NCBI RefSeq assembly: GCF_016026235.1
Contig: NZ_CP065613.1
Source of the DNA: Escherichia coli
GTDB taxonomy: Bacteria; Pseudomonadota; Gammaproteobacteria; Enterobacterales; Enterobacteriaceae
Length of the DNA stretch: 64,000 bases
Reading direction: 5' to 3' (one strand)
The notes beneath the pieces were generated by a model, which worked only from the letters and a program-made list of their open reading frames with translations, was not told the origin of the DNA and did no database searches. Positions 17,027-30,182 of this stretch are shown piece by piece. How positions within the stretch are numbered: the first letter of the stretch is position 1; each line of letters opens with the position of its first letter. Position numbers and translations under genes: made by a program.

Positions 17027-17272
17027 TGGAGCACCTCAAAAACACCATCATACACTAAATCAGTAAGTTGGCAGCATCACCAAAGGGGCTGATGAAAATG
17101 CCAGCACAATACGATTAAATTAATTAAAACCCCACAAATAAATTAAACATAAGATTTTACTCATTATGTTTTATTTCTCACAATGATGACGACTGCATGA
17201 AATAATGATATTTTAATGAGCATTCAGAAAAAATATCGATGCATTTCGAGCGAAGATGGTGGGGATCCCTGA

Positions 17273-17791
17273 ATGCGTTTTTCTCACCGACTGTTCTTAC
17301 TGCTGATTATCCTGCTGACGGGAGCACCAATACTCGCTCAGGAGCCTTCTGACGTTGCGAAAAACGTGCGTATGATGGTTTCCGGTATTGTCAGTTACAC
17401 TCGCTGGCCTGCGCTATCAGGGCCACCAAAGTTATGTATCTTTTCATCTTCACGTTTTAGTACCGCCCTACAAGAGAATGCCGCGACATCTTTGCCTTAT
17501 CTGCCTGTCATCATTCACACTCAACAAGAGGCGATGATTTCAGGCTGCAATGGTTTTTATTTTGGCAACGAGTCACCGACATTCCAGATGGAATTAACCG
17601 AACAATATCCGTCAAAGGCGTTATTATTAATTGCCGAACAAAATACCGAGTGCATTATTGGTAGCGCCTTTTGTCTGATCATCCACAATAATGACGTCAG
17701 ATTTGCCGTAAACCTGGATGCCTTATCGCGTAGCGGTGTAAAGGTCAACCCGGATGTCTTGATGCTCGCACGGAAGAAAAATGATGGATAA
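17273..17791 (+). CDS. yfiR: periplasmic repressor of DgcN (YfiR)
   Basis: 172 aa with signal peptide [24 protein letters not shown]; first gene of yfiRNB. Confidence 0.9.
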   Translation: MRFSHRLFLLLIILLTGAPILAQEPSDVAKNVRMMVSGIVSYTRWPALSGPPKLCIFSSSRFSTALQENAATSLPYLPVIIHTQQEAMISGCNGFYFGNESPTFQMELTEQYPSKALLLIAEQNTECIIGSAFCLIIHNNDVRFAVNLDALSRSGVKVNPDVLMLARKKNDG

Positions 17792-19007
17792 CGATAATTC
17801 TCTTAATAAGCGCCCCACGTTTAAAAGAGCATTACGCAACATCAGTATGACCAGCATATTTATCACTATGATGCTGATCTGGTTGCTGCTTTCCGTGACC
17901 TCGGTGCTGACCCTGAAACAGTACGCGCAAAAAAACCTGGCACTGACAGCAGCAACAATGACTTACAGTCTGGAAGCAGCTGTCGTTTTTGCCGATGGCC
18001 CTGCAGCAACTGAAACACTGGCAGCGCTGGGCCAGCAAGGGCAATTTTCAACTGCAGAAGTACGTGATAAGCAGCAAAATATTCTGGCATCCTGGCATTA
18101 CACCCGTAAGGATCCAGGCGATACTTTCAGCAATTTCATAAGCCACTGGCTCTTCCCTGCCCCCATCATTCAGCCGATTCGTCACAATGGTGAAACCATT
18201 GGCGAAGTACGCTTAACCGCTCGCGACAGTTCAATCAGCCATTTTATCTGGTTTTCGCTCGCCGTACTGACCGGTTGTATTCTGCTGGCATCAGGAATCG
18301 CAATTACCCTCACCCGCCATTTGCACAATGGCCTGGTGGAAGCACTGAAAAATATCACCGATGTCGTACATGATGTGCGTTCCAACCGCAATTTTTCCCG
18401 ACGAGTTTCGGAAGAACGTATAGCTGAGTTTCACCGCTTCGCTCTCGACTTCAACAGTCTGCTGGATGAAATGGAAGAGTGGCAGCTTCGTTTACAGGCC
18501 AAAAATGCGCAGCTTCTGCGTACCGCGCTACATGACCCATTAACCGGGCTGGCTAACCGCGCAGCGTTTCGTAGCGGCATCAATACGTTGATGAACAATT
18601 CCGCTGCCCGAAAAACGTCGGCGTTACTATTTCTTGATGGCGATAATTTCAAATATATCAATGATACCTGGGGTCATGCGACGGGCGATAGAGTCTTGAT
18701 TGAAATCGCAAAACGGTTAGCTGAATTTGGCGGGCTACGACATAAAGCATACCGCCTGGGCGGCGATGAATTCGCGATGGTGCTCTATGGTGTACAGTCG
18801 GAATCTGAAGTGCAGCAGATATGCTCAGCACTGACACAAATCTTTAATCTCCCGTTTGATCTTAATAATGGCCATCAGACCACCATGACATTAAGCATTG
18901 GTTACGCAATGACCATTGCGCACGCTTCTGCGGAAAAATTACAAGAGCTGGCCGATCACAATATGTATCAGGCCAAACACCAGCGTGCCGAAAAGCTGGT
19001 GAGATAA
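17781..19007 (+). CDS. dgcN: membrane diguanylate cyclase DgcN (YfiN), HAMP-GGDEF
   Basis: 408 aa; transmembrane N-terminus; GGDEF motif (RLGGDEF). Confidence 0.92.
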   Translation: MMDNDNSLNKRPTFKRALRNISMTSIFITMMLIWLLLSVTSVLTLKQYAQKNLALTAATMTYSLEAAVVFADGPAATETLAALGQQGQFSTAEVRDKQQNILASWHYTRKDPGDTFSNFISHWLFPAPIIQPIRHNGETIGEVRLTARDSSISHFIWFSLAVLTGCILLASGIAITLTRHLHNGLVEALKNITDVVHDVRSNRNFSRRVSEERIAEFHRFALDFNSLLDEMEEWQLRLQAKNAQLLRTALHDPLTGLANRAAFRSGINTLMNNSAARKTSALLFLDGDNFKYINDTWGHATGDRVLIEIAKRLAEFGGLRHKAYRLGGDEFAMVLYGVQSESEVQQICSALTQIFNLPFDLNNGHQTTMTLSIGYAMTIAHASAEKLQELADHNMYQAKHQRAEKLVR

Positions 19008-19022
19008 CAAGGATATATCGAT

Positions 19023-19505
19023 ATGATAAAGCACCTGGTAGCACCCCTGATTTTCACCTCACTAATACTGACTGGCTGCCAGTCCCCTCAGGGAAAGTTT
19101 ACTCCTGAGCAAGTCGCCGCTATGCAATCTTATGGATTTACTGAATCCGCCGGCGACTGGTCGCTGGGCTTATCAGATGCCATTCTGTTCGCAAAAAATG
19201 ACTACAAATTGCTCCCGGAAAGCCAGCAACAGATCCAAACCATGGCAGCCAAATTGGCCTCGACAGGGCTAACACATGCCCGTATGGATGGACACACCGA
19301 TAACTATGGTGAAGACAGTTACAACGAAGGCTTATCATTGAAACGGGCGAATGTCGTGGCCGATGCATGGGCTATGGGTGGACAAATTCCACGCAGCAAT
19401 CTCACCACACAGGGTTTAGGAAAAAAATATCCCATAGCCAGTAACAAGACCGCCCAGGGCCGCGCCGAGAACCGCCGCGTCGCAGTGGTGATTACTACCC
19501 CTTAA
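19023..19505 (+). CDS. yfiB: OmpA-family lipoprotein YfiB
   Basis: 160 aa; lipobox LTGC; OmpA-like C-terminus (NRRVAVVI). Confidence 0.92.
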   Translation: MIKHLVAPLIFTSLILTGCQSPQGKFTPEQVAAMQSYGFTESAGDWSLGLSDAILFAKNDYKLLPESQQQIQTMAAKLASTGLTHARMDGHTDNYGEDSYNEGLSLKRANVVADAWAMGGQIPRSNLTTQGLGKKYPIASNKTAQGRAENRRVAVVITTP

Positions 19506-19581
19506 AACACGAGCAAACAGATAAAAAAAGGGCCAGCCAATTGGCCAGCCCTTCTTAACAGGATGTCGCTTAAGCGAAATC

Positions 19582-19932
<351 letters not shown>

Positions 19933-19970
19933 TTAATCTCTTATCCTGGGTAAACTGATATCTCGGGGGC

Positions 19971-20738
19971 TTACGCCATCCCATCATGTTTATGTTGCTG
20001 TTGTGCGTGTTCCGTTTTGAACTCCGCCAGCAACCTTGCTTGCTCTTCAGTCAGAGCCAGGTTTTCCAGAAGTTCAGGTCTTCTAAGCCAAGTACGGCCC
20101 AGCGACTGTTTCAAACGCCAGCGACGTATCTCGGCATGGTTGCCCGACAGTAACACTGGCGGAACTTCCATCCCTTCTAACACCTCAGGCCGCGTATAGT
20201 GCGGGCAATCCAGCAATCCTTCAGCAAAGGAATCTTCCGTTGCCGAGGCTTCATGTCCCAGTACTCCCGGAATAAACCGGGAAACGGAGTCAATCAGCGT
20301 CATTGCTGGTAACTCACCACCACTGAGAACGTAATCGCCGATTGACCATTCTTCGTCAATTTCGGTTTGGATCACGCGCTCATCTATACCTTCGTAGCGA
20401 CCGCACACCAGAATCAATTTTTGATTCGTTGCCAGTTCGCTGACGCCCGCTTGATCAAGCTTGCGTCCCTGTGGTGAAAGATAAATCACCTTTGCGCCTT
20501 CACCCGCCGCGGCTTTTGCTGCATGAATGGCGTCCCGCAAGGGTTGCACCATCATTAACATCCCCGGTCCGCCGCCATAAGGACGATCGTCCACGGTACG
20601 GTGCCGGTCATGCGTGAAATCGCGAGGACTCCAGCTCTGGATGCTCAGCAGGCCATTTTTAACTGCCCGGCCAGTTACCCCGTAATCGGTAATTGCGCGG
20701 AACATTTCAGGAAACAGGCTAATTATGCCAATCCACAT
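19971..20738 (-). CDS. trmD: tRNA (guanine37-N1)-methyltransferase
   Basis: 255 aa [30 protein letters not shown]... Confidence 0.96.
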
Positions 20739-20768
20739 AGCGCCGTCTTTTACCGTTTATCCGGTGGT

Positions 20769-21317
20769 TTAAAAACCAGGATCCCAATCTACTTCGATTG
20801 AACGAGTAGTGAGATCGACTTTCTTGATAACCTGCCCATCGAGGAACGGTACGAGACGTTCCTTGATACCAAACGCATCTTTCAGGTTTGCCTTAATGAC
20901 GAGAACGTCATTGGATCCGGTTTCCATCATATCGACGACTTTACCGAGATCGTAGCCTTCAGTGGTTACTACCTGGCAGCCCATCAGGTCTTTCCAGTAG
21001 TAGTCACCCTCTTCAAGCTGAGGCAGCTGCGATGAATCCACGACAATTTCACAATTCGTCAGCAGGTTCGCCGCATCACGATCGTCAACGCCTTTCAGCT
21101 TGATGATCATGTCCTGATTGTGGTGCTTCCAACTTTCCAGCTGGACTTGCTGCCACTGACCCGCCTTCTGGATAAACCAGGGCTGATAGTCAAAAATGCT
21201 TTCGGCGTCTTCGGTGGAAGAAAACACTCTGAGCCACCCACGAATACCGTAAGACGAACCCATTTTTCCCAAAACGATGGGATCAACAGGTGCTTGCGCG
21301 GTGAGTTGTTTGCTCAT
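20769..21317 (-). CDS. rimM: 16S rRNA processing protein RimM
   Basis: ORF 20769..21326; native start taken at [20 protein letters not shown] (182 aa). Confidence 0.93.
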
Positions 21318-21335
21318 CATGACCACCGTGACAGA

Positions 21336-21662
<327 letters not shown>

Positions 21663-21720
21663 TTACTGATTTCTGGAGAAAATGCAATCAGCAGTTAATA
21701 ACTCTGTCGCATAAGGTCAT

Positions 21721-23082
21721 TTAGCGACCAGGAAATCCCGGTGGCATCATCCCTTTCATGCTTCTCATCATCTTCGCCATTCCGCCCTTCTTCATTTTCT
21801 TCATCATGCGCTGCATGTCGTCGAACTGTTTCAGAAGACGGTTAACGTCCTGCACCTGCATACCGCAACCGGCAGCAATACGGCGTTTACGCGAACCTTT
21901 GATGATTTCTGGCTTAGCGCGTTCTTTCATCGTCATCGAGTTGATGATGGCTTCCATACGCACCAGCACTTTATCGTCCATCTGCGACTTGACATTATCC
22001 GGGATCTGCCCCATGCCCGGCAGCTTGCCCATCAGGCTAGCCATGCCGCCCATATTTTTCATCTGGCGCAGCTGCTCAAGAAAGTCGTTGAGATCGAAGC
22101 CGTCGCCTTTTTTTAGCTTGCTGGCTAATTTCTCTGCCTGCGCGCGGTCAACTTTGCTTTCGATATCTTCGATCAGCGACAGTACGTCGCCCATGCCGAG
22201 AATACGCGACGCAATGCGGTCCGGATGGAACGGCTCCAGCGCCTCAGTTTTCTCGCCAACACCGAGGAACTTGATCGGTTTGCCAGTGATGTGACGAATA
22301 GAGAGCGCCGCACCGCCGCGGGCATCGCCGTCCACTTTGGTCAACACTACGCCGGTAAGCGGTAACGCTTCATTGAATGCTTTTGCCGTATTGGCCGCAT
22401 CCTGACCGGTCATGGCGTCAACCACAAACAGGGTTTCAACTGGGTTAATCGACGCATGGACTTGTTTGATCTCGTCCATCATCGCTTCGTCAACGTGCAG
22501 ACGACCAGCGGTATCCACCAGCAGCACGTCGTAGAATTTCAGTTTGGCTTCTTTCAGCGCCGCGTTAACGATATCTACCGGCTTCTGACCAACATCAGAA
22601 GGGAAGAAATCAACGCCCACCTGCTCAGCCAGCGTCTCAAGCTGTTTGATTGCCGCCGGGCGATAGACGTCGGCAGAAACCACCAGCACTTTCTTCTTGT
22701 GCTTCTCGCGCAGGAACTTACCGAGTTTACCAACGCTGGTTGTTTTACCAGCACCTTGCAGGCCCGCCATCAGTACGACCGCAGGCGGTTGCGCAGCCAG
22801 GTTCAGGGTCTGGTTCTCTTCGCCCATCGCCGCAACCAGTTCGTTACGGACGATTTTGACGAACTCCTGCCCCGGCGTCAGGCTCTTATTAACTTCATGA
22901 CCAACCGCTTTCTCTTTTACGCGATTGATAAACTCACGCACTACCGGCAGAGCGACGTCCGCCTCCAGCAGCGCCATGCGCACTTCGCGCAGCGTATCTT
23001 TTACGTTGTCTTCAGTGAGGCGTCCACGGCCACTGATATTGCGCAGCGTGCGCGACAAACGATCGGTTAAATTATCAAACAT
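21721..23082 (-). CDS. ffh: signal recognition particle protein Ffh
   Basis: 453 aa; GTPase motifs (GLQGAGKTT, DTAGR); Met-rich C-terminal M domain. Confidence 0.96.
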   Translation of the reverse strand: MFDNLTDRLSRTLRNISGRGRLTEDNVKDTLREVRMALLEADVALPVVREFINRVKEKAVGHEVNKSLTPGQEFVKIVRNELVAAMGEENQTLNLAAQPPAVVLMAGLQGAGKTTSVGKLGKFLREKHKKKVLVVSADVYRPAAIKQLETLAEQVGVDFFPSDVGQKPVDIVNAALKEAKLKFYDVLLVDTAGRLHVDEAMMDEIKQVHASINPVETLFVVDAMTGQDAANTAKAFNEALPLTGVVLTKVDGDARGGAALSIRHITGKPIKFLGVGEKTEALEPFHPDRIASRILGMGDVLSLIEDIESKVDRAQAEKLASKLKKGDGFDLNDFLEQLRQMKNMGGMASLMGKLPGMGQIPDNVKSQMDDKVLVRMEAIINSMTMKERAKPEIIKGSRKRRIAAGCGMQVQDVNRLLKQFDDMQRMMKKMKKGGMAKMMRSMKGMMPPGFPGR

Positions 23083-23248
23083 TGTCTCTCGCCTGGGGTG
23101 GAAACGGTTGGCCGCAATCGCGACACATCATCAGTATTTTGCCGCAGTATAACATGAAGGCGTCTTTGTTGTTATGCAACGGTTGGAGCAGCGTTCACCT
23201 GACGCTATACTGCTTCTCTTTCTTATTGCTCAAACTGTCGACATTACT

Positions 23249-24040
23249 ATGCCCGTTTTTGCTCTGCTCGCGCTTGTCGCCTACTCCGTCAGTCTTGCGC
23301 TGATTGTTCCCGGTCTGCTGCAAAAAAACGGCGGCTGGCGGCGCATGGCTATTATTTCTGCGGTCATTGCGCTGGTCTGCCACGCAATCGCTCTGGAAGC
23401 CCGCATCCTGCCCGACGGTGATAGCGGACAAAACCTCAGCCTGCTGAACGTTGGTTCATTGGTCAGTTTGATGATCTGTACGGTAATGACCATTGTGGCT
23501 TCTCGCAATCGTGGCTGGTTGCTGCTACCCATTGTCTATGCCTTTGCGCTTATCAACCTGGCGCTGGCAACCTTCATGCCCAATGAATACATCACCCATC
23601 TGGAAGCTACGCCTGGGATGCTGGTGCACATTGGCTTATCGCTCTTTTCCTATGCCACGCTAATTATCGCCGCCCTGTACGCGCTGCAACTGGCGTGGAT
23701 TGATTACCAACTGAAGAACAAGAAACTGGCGTTTAACCAGGAAATGCCGCCATTGATGAGTATCGAGCGTAAAATGTTCCACATCACGCAGATTGGCGTG
23801 GTGCTGCTAACGCTCACGCTTTGCACTGGCCTGTTCTACATGCACAACTTATTTAGCATGGAAAATATCGACAAGGCTGTGCTCTCTATCGTGGCGTGGT
23901 TTGTCTATATTGTGCTGCTGTGGGGACATTATCATGAAGGATGGCGTGGACGCCGCGTCGTCTGGTTTAACGTTGCGGGTGCAGTCATTCTGACACTGGC
24001 CTACTTCGGCAGCCGAATTGTCCAGCAGTTAATCAGCTAA
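23249..24040 (+). CDS. ypjD: inner membrane protein YpjD (cytochrome c assembly-like)
   Basis: ORF 23174..24040; start taken at MPVFALLALVAYSV (263 aa); multiple transmembrane helices. Confidence 0.85.
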   Translation: MPVFALLALVAYSVSLALIVPGLLQKNGGWRRMAIISAVIALVCHAIALEARILPDGDSGQNLSLLNVGSLVSLMICTVMTIVASRNRGWLLLPIVYAFALINLALATFMPNEYITHLEATPGMLVHIGLSLFSYATLIIAALYALQLAWIDYQLKNKKLAFNQEMPPLMSIERKMFHITQIGVVLLTLTLCTGLFYMHNLFSMENIDKAVLSIVAWFVYIVLLWGHYHEGWRGRRVVWFNVAGAVILTLAYFGSRIVQQLIS

Positions 24041-24084
24041 ACCCAGAAAAGGAGTTTCCCCTGGAACACATTTCTACTACTACG

Positions 24085-25347
24085 TTGATCATTATTCTGA
24101 TCATCATGGTGGTCATTTCAGCCTATTTTTCCGGGTCCGAAACCGGAATGATGACCCTCAACCGCTATCGTCTTCGACATATGGCGAAACAGGGTAATCG
24201 CTCGGCCAAACGCGTCGAAAAATTGCTGCGTAAGCCAGACCGCCTGATAAGCCTGGTGTTAATCGGCAATAACCTGGTCAATATTCTTGCCTCCGCGCTC
24301 GGCACTATTGTTGGGATGCGTTTGTACGGTGATGCAGGCGTGGCAATTGCGACTGGTGTGCTGACTTTTGTCGTACTGGTATTTGCTGAGGTATTGCCGA
24401 AAACCATTGCCGCGCTGTACCCGGAAAAAGTCGCTTATCCGAGTAGTTTTCTGCTGGCTCCGCTGCAAATTTTGATGATGCCGCTGGTCTGGTTGCTGAA
24501 TGCTATCACCCGTATGCTGATGCGCATGATGGGTATCAAAACCGATATCGTGGTTAGCGGCTCTTTGAGCAAAGAAGAGTTGCGCACTATCGTGCACGAA
24601 TCACGCTCACAAATTTCCCGTCGCAATCAGGATATGCTGCTGTCGGTGCTCGATCTGGAAAAAATGACCGTTGATGACATCATGGTGCCGCGCAGTGAAA
24701 TTATCGGTATTGATATCAACGATGACTGGAAATCTATTCTGCGCCAACTCTCCCACTCACCTCACGGGCGCATCGTGCTCTACCGTGATTCGCTGGACGA
24801 CGCCATCAGTATGCTGCGAGTACGTGAAGCTTGGCGGTTGATGTCGGAGAAAAAAGAGTTCACCAAAGAAACCATGCTGCGCGCCGCGGACGAGATCTAT
24901 TTTGTGCCGGAAGGTACGCCGCTCAGCACGCAGTTGGTAAAGTTTCAGCGCAACAAAAAGAAAGTCGGCCTGGTCGTCAACGAGTATGGAGACATTCAGG
25001 GGCTGGTGACGGTTGAAGATATTCTGGAAGAGATTGTCGGCGATTTCACCACGTCGATGTCGCCAACACTTGCCGAAGAGGTCACGCCGCAAAACGACGG
25101 TTCGGTGATTATCGATGGCACCGCCAACGTGCGGGAAATCAACAAAGCCTTTAACTGGCATCTACCGGAAGATGATGCCCGCACGGTTAATGGCGTCATT
25201 CTTGAGGCACTGGAAGAGATCCCTGTCGCAGGCACCCGCGTGCGTATTGGCGAGTACGATATAGATATTCTCGACGTACAGGACAATATGATTAAGCAGG
25301 TAAAAGTTTTTCCTGTGAAACCGCTGCGCGAGAGTGTGGCGGAGTAA
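24085..25347 (+). CDS. yfjD: UPF0053 membrane protein YfjD (CNNM/CorB-type: DUF21 + CBS pair + CorC C-terminal domain)
   Basis: 420 aa MIIILIIMVVISAYFSGSETGMMTLNRYRLRH... Confidence 0.88.
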   Translation: MIIILIIMVVISAYFSGSETGMMTLNRYRLRHMAKQGNRSAKRVEKLLRKPDRLISLVLIGNNLVNILASALGTIVGMRLYGDAGVAIATGVLTFVVLVFAEVLPKTIAALYPEKVAYPSSFLLAPLQILMMPLVWLLNAITRMLMRMMGIKTDIVVSGSLSKEELRTIVHESRSQISRRNQDMLLSVLDLEKMTVDDIMVPRSEIIGIDINDDWKSILRQLSHSPHGRIVLYRDSLDDAISMLRVREAWRLMSEKKEFTKETMLRAADEIYFVPEGTPLSTQLVKFQRNKKKVGLVVNEYGDIQGLVTVEDILEEIVGDFTTSMSPTLAEEVTPQNDGSVIIDGTANVREINKAFNWHLPEDDARTVNGVILEALEEIPVAGTRVRIGEYDIDILDVQDNMIKQVKVFPVKPLRESVAE

Positions 25348-25354
25348 CGAAAAC

Positions 25355-25378
25355 GGCCCTGCATTCGCATGCAGGGCC
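25355..25378. terminator. bidirectional terminator between yfjD and grpE
   Basis: GGCCCTGCAT-TCG-CATGCAGGGCC perfect palindrome. Confidence 0.8.
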
Positions 25379-25401
25379 GTGAATTATTACGAAAACAGAA
25401 A

Positions 25402-26028
<627 letters not shown>

Positions 26029-26117
26029 CTAACTTCGCTTATTATGGGGATCAGTTTCAGGGTTTCAAGGGAAGCACTCACATTGTCATCAATCTTCGCA
26101 ACAAGGACCTCGGAAAA

Positions 26118-26996
26118 ATGAATAATCATTTCAAGTGTATTGGCATTGTGGGACACCCACGGCACCCTACTGCACTGACAACACATGAAATGCTCTACCG
26201 CTGGCTGTGCACAAAAGGTTACGAGGTCATCGTTGAGCAACAAATCGCTCACGAATTGCAACTGAAGAATATGAAAACTGGCACGCTCGCGGAGATTGGG
26301 CAACTGGCTGATCTCGCGGTAGTCGTTGGTGGCGACGGTAATATGCTGGGCGCGGCACGCACACTCGCCCGTTACGATATTAAAGTTATTGGAATCAACC
26401 GTGGCAACCTGGGTTTCCTGACTGACCTTGACCCCGATAACGCCCAGCAACAGTTAGCCGATGTGCTGGAAGGCCACTACATCAGCGAGAAACGTTTTTT
26501 GCTGGAAGCGCAAGTCTGTCAGCAAGATTGCCAGAAACGCATCAGCACCGCGATAAATGAAGTGGTGCTTCATCCAGGCAAAGTGGCGCATATGATTGAG
26601 TTCGAAGTGTATATCGACGAGATCTTTGCGTTTTCTCAGCGATCTGATGGACTAATTATTTCGACGCCAACAGGCTCCACCGCCTATTCCCTCTCTGCAG
26701 GCGGTCCTATTCTGACCCCCTCTCTGGATGCGATTACCCTGGTGCCCATGTTCCCGCATACGTTGTCAGCACGACCACTGGTCATAAACAGCAGCAGCAC
26801 GATCCGTCTGCGTTTTTCGCATCGCCGTAACGACCTGGAAATCAGTTGCGACAGCCAGATAGCACTGCCGATTCAGGAAGGTGAAGATGTCCTGATTCGT
26901 CGCTGTGATTACCATCTGAATCTGATTCATCCGAAAGATTACAGTTATTTCAATACATTAAGCACCAAGCTCGGCTGGTCAAAAAAATTATTCTAA
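26118..26996 (+). CDS. nadK: NAD kinase
   Basis: 292 aa; GGDGN motif ([14 protein letters not shown]). Confidence 0.95.
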   Translation: MNNHFKCIGIVGHPRHPTALTTHEMLYRWLCTKGYEVIVEQQIAHELQLKNMKTGTLAEIGQLADLAVVVGGDGNMLGAARTLARYDIKVIGINRGNLGFLTDLDPDNAQQQLADVLEGHYISEKRFLLEAQVCQQDCQKRISTAINEVVLHPGKVAHMIEFEVYIDEIFAFSQRSDGLIISTPTGSTAYSLSAGGPILTPSLDAITLVPMFPHTLSARPLVINSSSTIRLRFSHRRNDLEISCDSQIALPIQEGEDVLIRRCDYHLNLIHPKDYSYFNTLSTKLGWSKKLF

Positions 26997-27015
26997 TTTT
27001 ACGCCAGCCTCTTTA

Positions 27016-27053
27016 CTGTATATAAAACCAGTTTATACTGTACACAATAACAG
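27016..27053 (+). promoter_or_regulatory. tandem LexA boxes (SOS operator) of recN
   Basis: CTGTATATAAAACCAG (27016..27031) and CTGTACACAATAACAG (27038..27053), both matching CTGT-N8-ACAG, just upstream of the recN start. Confidence 0.85.
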
Positions 27054-27081
27054 TAATGGTTTTTCATACAGGAAAACGACT

Positions 27082-28743
27082 ATGTTGGCACAACTGACCA
27101 TCAGCAACTTTGCTATCGTTCGTGAGCTTGAGATTGATTTTCATAGCGGCATGACCGTAATAACTGGCGAGACCGGCGCGGGTAAATCTATTGCAATAGA
27201 TGCCCTCGGTCTTTGTCTCGGTGGTCGCGCTGAAGCCGACATGGTGCGTACCGGCGCTGCTCGCGCTGACCTGTGCGCCCGTTTTTCTCTGAAAGATACG
27301 CCAGCGGCTCTGCGCTGGCTGGAAGAAAACCAGCTTGAAGACGGGCATGAATGTTTGCTTCGTCGCGTGATCAGCAGCGATGGTCGCTCCCGTGGTTTCA
27401 TCAACGGTACAGCTGTTCCTCTGTCACAACTGCGCGAACTGGGTCAGTTGCTGATTCAGATCCATGGTCAGCACGCTCATCAGTTACTCACCAAACCCGA
27501 GCACCAAAAGTTCCTGCTTGATGGCTATGCCAATGAAACCTCTCTACTCCAGGAAATGACCGCACGTTATCAGTTGTGGCATCAAAGCTGCCGTGACCTC
27601 GCGCATCATCAACAGTTAAGTCAGGAACGCGCTGCCCGTGCGGAACTGCTGCAATACCAATTAAAAGAACTTAACGAATTTAATCCGCAGCCCGGAGAGT
27701 TTGAGCAAATCGACGAAGAGTACAAACGTCTGGCGAACAGCGGTCAATTGCTGACCACCAGCCAGAATGCATTGGCATTAATGGCCGACGGTGAAGACGC
27801 AAACCTGCAAAGTCAGCTTTACACGGCTAAACAACTGGTGAGCGAATTGATTGGCATGGACAGCAAACTGTCCGGCGTACTTGATATGCTGGAAGAAGCT
27901 ACCATCCAGATTGTTGAAGCCAGCGACGAACTGCGCCACTACTGCGATCGTCTGGATCTCGATCCCAACCGACTGTTTGAACTTGAACAGCGCATCTCAA
28001 AACAGATTTCGCTGGCACGTAAACATCACGTCAGCCCTGAGACATTGCCACAGTATTACCAGTCGCTACTGGAAGAACAGCAGCAACTGGACGATCAGGC
28101 CGACTCACAAGAAACGCTCGCGCTGGCGGTAACGAAACATCATCAGCAGGCACTGGAAACGGCGCGCGCATTACACCAGCAACGCCAGCATTATGCAGAA
28201 GAACTTGCACAGCTGATCACCGACAGTATGCATGCGCTCTCAATGCCGCATGGGCAGTTTACGATTGATGTCAAATTTGACGAGCATCACCTGGGCGCTG
28301 ACGGCGCCGATCGTATTGAGTTTCGGGTAACCACCAACCCAGGTCAGCCAATGCAGCCTATTGCCAAAGTCGCATCCGGTGGTGAATTGTCCCGCATCGC
28401 ATTGGCAATTCAGGTCATCACGGCGCGTAAAATGGAAACCCCGGCACTGATTTTTGATGAAGTGGATGTAGGGATTAGCGGTCCAACAGCGGCAGTTGTC
28501 GGCAAACTGCTGCGTCAACTCGGCGAATCAACTCAGGTGATGTGTGTTACCCACCTGCCACAAGTCGCGGGATGTGGTCATCAACACTATTTTGTCAGCA
28601 AAGAAACCGATGGTGCGATGACAGAAACGCATATGCAATCTCTGGATAAAAAAGCGCGGTTACAAGAGCTGGCGCGCCTGCTTGGTGGCAGTGAAGTCAC
28701 ACGTAACACACTGGCGAATGCGAAAGAACTGCTTGCGGCGTAA
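27082..28743 (+). CDS. recN: DNA repair protein RecN (SMC-like ATPase)
   Basis: 553 aa; Walker A GETGAGKS; coiled-coil middle region. Confidence 0.95.
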   Translation: MLAQLTISNFAIVRELEIDFHSGMTVITGETGAGKSIAIDALGLCLGGRAEADMVRTGAARADLCARFSLKDTPAALRWLEENQLEDGHECLLRRVISSDGRSRGFINGTAVPLSQLRELGQLLIQIHGQHAHQLLTKPEHQKFLLDGYANETSLLQEMTARYQLWHQSCRDLAHHQQLSQERAARAELLQYQLKELNEFNPQPGEFEQIDEEYKRLANSGQLLTTSQNALALMADGEDANLQSQLYTAKQLVSELIGMDSKLSGVLDMLEEATIQIVEASDELRHYCDRLDLDPNRLFELEQRISKQISLARKHHVSPETLPQYYQSLLEEQQQLDDQADSQETLALAVTKHHQQALETARALHQQRQHYAEELAQLITDSMHALSMPHGQFTIDVKFDEHHLGADGADRIEFRVTTNPGQPMQPIAKVASGGELSRIALAIQVITARKMETPALIFDEVDVGISGPTAAVVGKLLRQLGESTQVMCVTHLPQVAGCGHQHYFVSKETDGAMTETHMQSLDKKARLQELARLLGGSEVTRNTLANAKELLAA

Positions 28744-28891
28744 ACTTTTTCCCTGCTTCACGGTCAGAGTAAACAGCAAAACGCCGTAAGACTGGAAAGC
28801 AAAAGGTTTTAAAGTGATGAAAGGTCTATTATCATCGGCATATTACAGATGAGCCACGTACTGCTCGGGCCCGAAAAGGAATCAAATCACT

Positions 28892-29233
28892 ATGCGCTGT
28901 AAAACGCTGACTGCTGCAGCAGCAGTACTATTGATGTTGACCGCAGGCTGTTCCACTCTGGAGCGAGTGGTTTACCGTCCTGACATCAACCAGGGGAACT
29001 ATCTGACCGCTAACGACGTATCCAAAATACGTGTTGGCATGACGCAACAACAAGTTGCGTACGCATTGGGTACACCGCTGATGTCCGATCCATTTGGTAC
29101 GAATACCTGGTTCTATGTCTTCCGCCAGCAACCAGGTCATGAAGGTGTAACGCAGCAAACGCTGACGCTAACCTTTAACAGTAGCGGTGTGTTGACCAAT
29201 ATTGATAACAAACCTGCGCTGAGTGGTAACTAA
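28892..29233 (+). CDS. bamE: outer membrane protein assembly factor BamE (SmpA)
   Basis: 113 aa; lipobox LTAGC. Confidence 0.93.
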
Positions 29234-29258
29234 TAATAAAGTTGCTCTCAAAGACGTT

Positions 29259-29288
29259 AAAAAAGGTGCTCAATGAGCACCTTTTTTC
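29259..29288. terminator. bidirectional terminator between bamE and ratB
   Basis: AAAAAGGTGCTCA-ATGA-GCACCTTTTTTCT. Confidence 0.8.
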
Positions 29289-29294
29289 TGTCTG

Positions 29295-29585
29295 TTATTT
29301 ATTCGCTGATTTTTCTGCTCGTTGCCTGCGCAGCTCTTTCGGATCGGCAATGAGAGGGCGATAAATCTCCACCCGATCGCCATCATGCACACTATCGCTT
29401 AGTTTTGCCGGACGGCTGTAAATGCCGACTTTGTTTTTAGTTAAATCGATATCGGTACGCAATTCCAGCAAGCCACTGGCGCGAATAGCTTCTTCAACCG
29501 TCGCGCCCTTCTGCAGCGTCACTCGCTGCAGGTACTGCTTCTCAGGTAGCGCATAAGCCACCTCAACGGCAATTTTACCTGGCAC
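29295..29585 (-). CDS. ratB: RatB / YfjF (UPF0125; antitoxin-like partner of RatA)
   Basis: ORF 29295..29669; start taken at the in-frame GTG giving (M)[21 protein letters not shown] (96 aa), overlapping the ratA 3' end. Confidence 0.75.
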   Translation of the reverse strand: MPGKIAVEVAYALPEKQYLQRVTLQKGATVEEAIRASGLLELRTDIDLTKNKVGIYSRPAKLSDSVHDGDRVEIYRPLIADPKELRRQRAEKSANK

Positions 29586-30051
29586 TGTAAACCTCTTTCG
29601 CACGAACCGTAAAAGCCTGGACCATATTAGACGCCAGCTCTTTAAACACGCGACCAAAGGCGAGTTCAATCAACTTATTGGTAAACTCAAAGTCGAGATG
29701 AAACTCGATACGACACGCCTCCTGGCTCAGCGGCGTAAACTTCCATCCACCAATCAATTTCTTGAACGGCCCATCCACCAGATTCATAAGAATACTTTGG
29801 TTACTGGTCAACTGGTTGCGGGTAGTAAACGTTTTGCTGATCCCAGCCTTAGAGACATCTACCGCCGCAGTCATCTGCCCAGGAGTGGACTCCAGAATCC
29901 GACTTCCGGTACAACCCGGCAAAAACTGAGGATAAGACTGAACGTCATTCACTAACTGATACATTTGCTCCGCGCTGTAGGGTACCAGTGCGGTCCGGCT
30001 AATCTGAGGCATAACAATTTCCATCAACAAAAATCCAACAAATAATATCAT
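29575..30051 (-). CDS. ratA: ribosome association toxin RatA (YfjG; SRPBCC/polyketide cyclase fold)
   Basis: 158 aa ORF ...[34 protein letters not shown]... Confidence 0.88.
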   Translation of the reverse strand: MILFVGFLLMEIVMPQISRTALVPYSAEQMYQLVNDVQSYPQFLPGCTGSRILESTPGQMTAAVDVSKAGISKTFTTRNQLTSNQSILMNLVDGPFKKLIGGWKFTPLSQEACRIEFHLDFEFTNKLIELAFGRVFKELASNMVQAFTVRAKEVYSAR

Positions 30052-30182
30052 TTATCCTGCTGTAAAAAAAACGCTATCCCGGCGCTGGGTAACATCGGGT
30101 TCATGCTAAGATAGAGCCTTGTCCCCCGCAGGATTGATATGGGGTGTTTTCGATTTCAGATTACCGATGATTCACGACGCTT

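Larger units (their letters stand above)
16314..17081 (-). mobile_element. IS1: IS1 insertion sequence, 768 bp, complete
   Basis: Terminal inverted repeats GGTAATGACTCCAACTTATTGATAGTG (16314) and GGTGATGCTGCCAACTTACTGAT (reverse complement at 17081); contains insA and insB in the usual -1 frameshift arrangement. Confidence 0.95.

Noticed and set aside
19523-19556. Putative terminator hairpin between yfiB and rplS (AAAAAAGGGCCAGCCAATTGGCCAGCCCTTCTT)
   Set aside because: The two GC-rich arms are not exact reverse complements of each other on close reading (only GGCCAATTGGCC is palindromic), so the stem is too uncertain to annotate.
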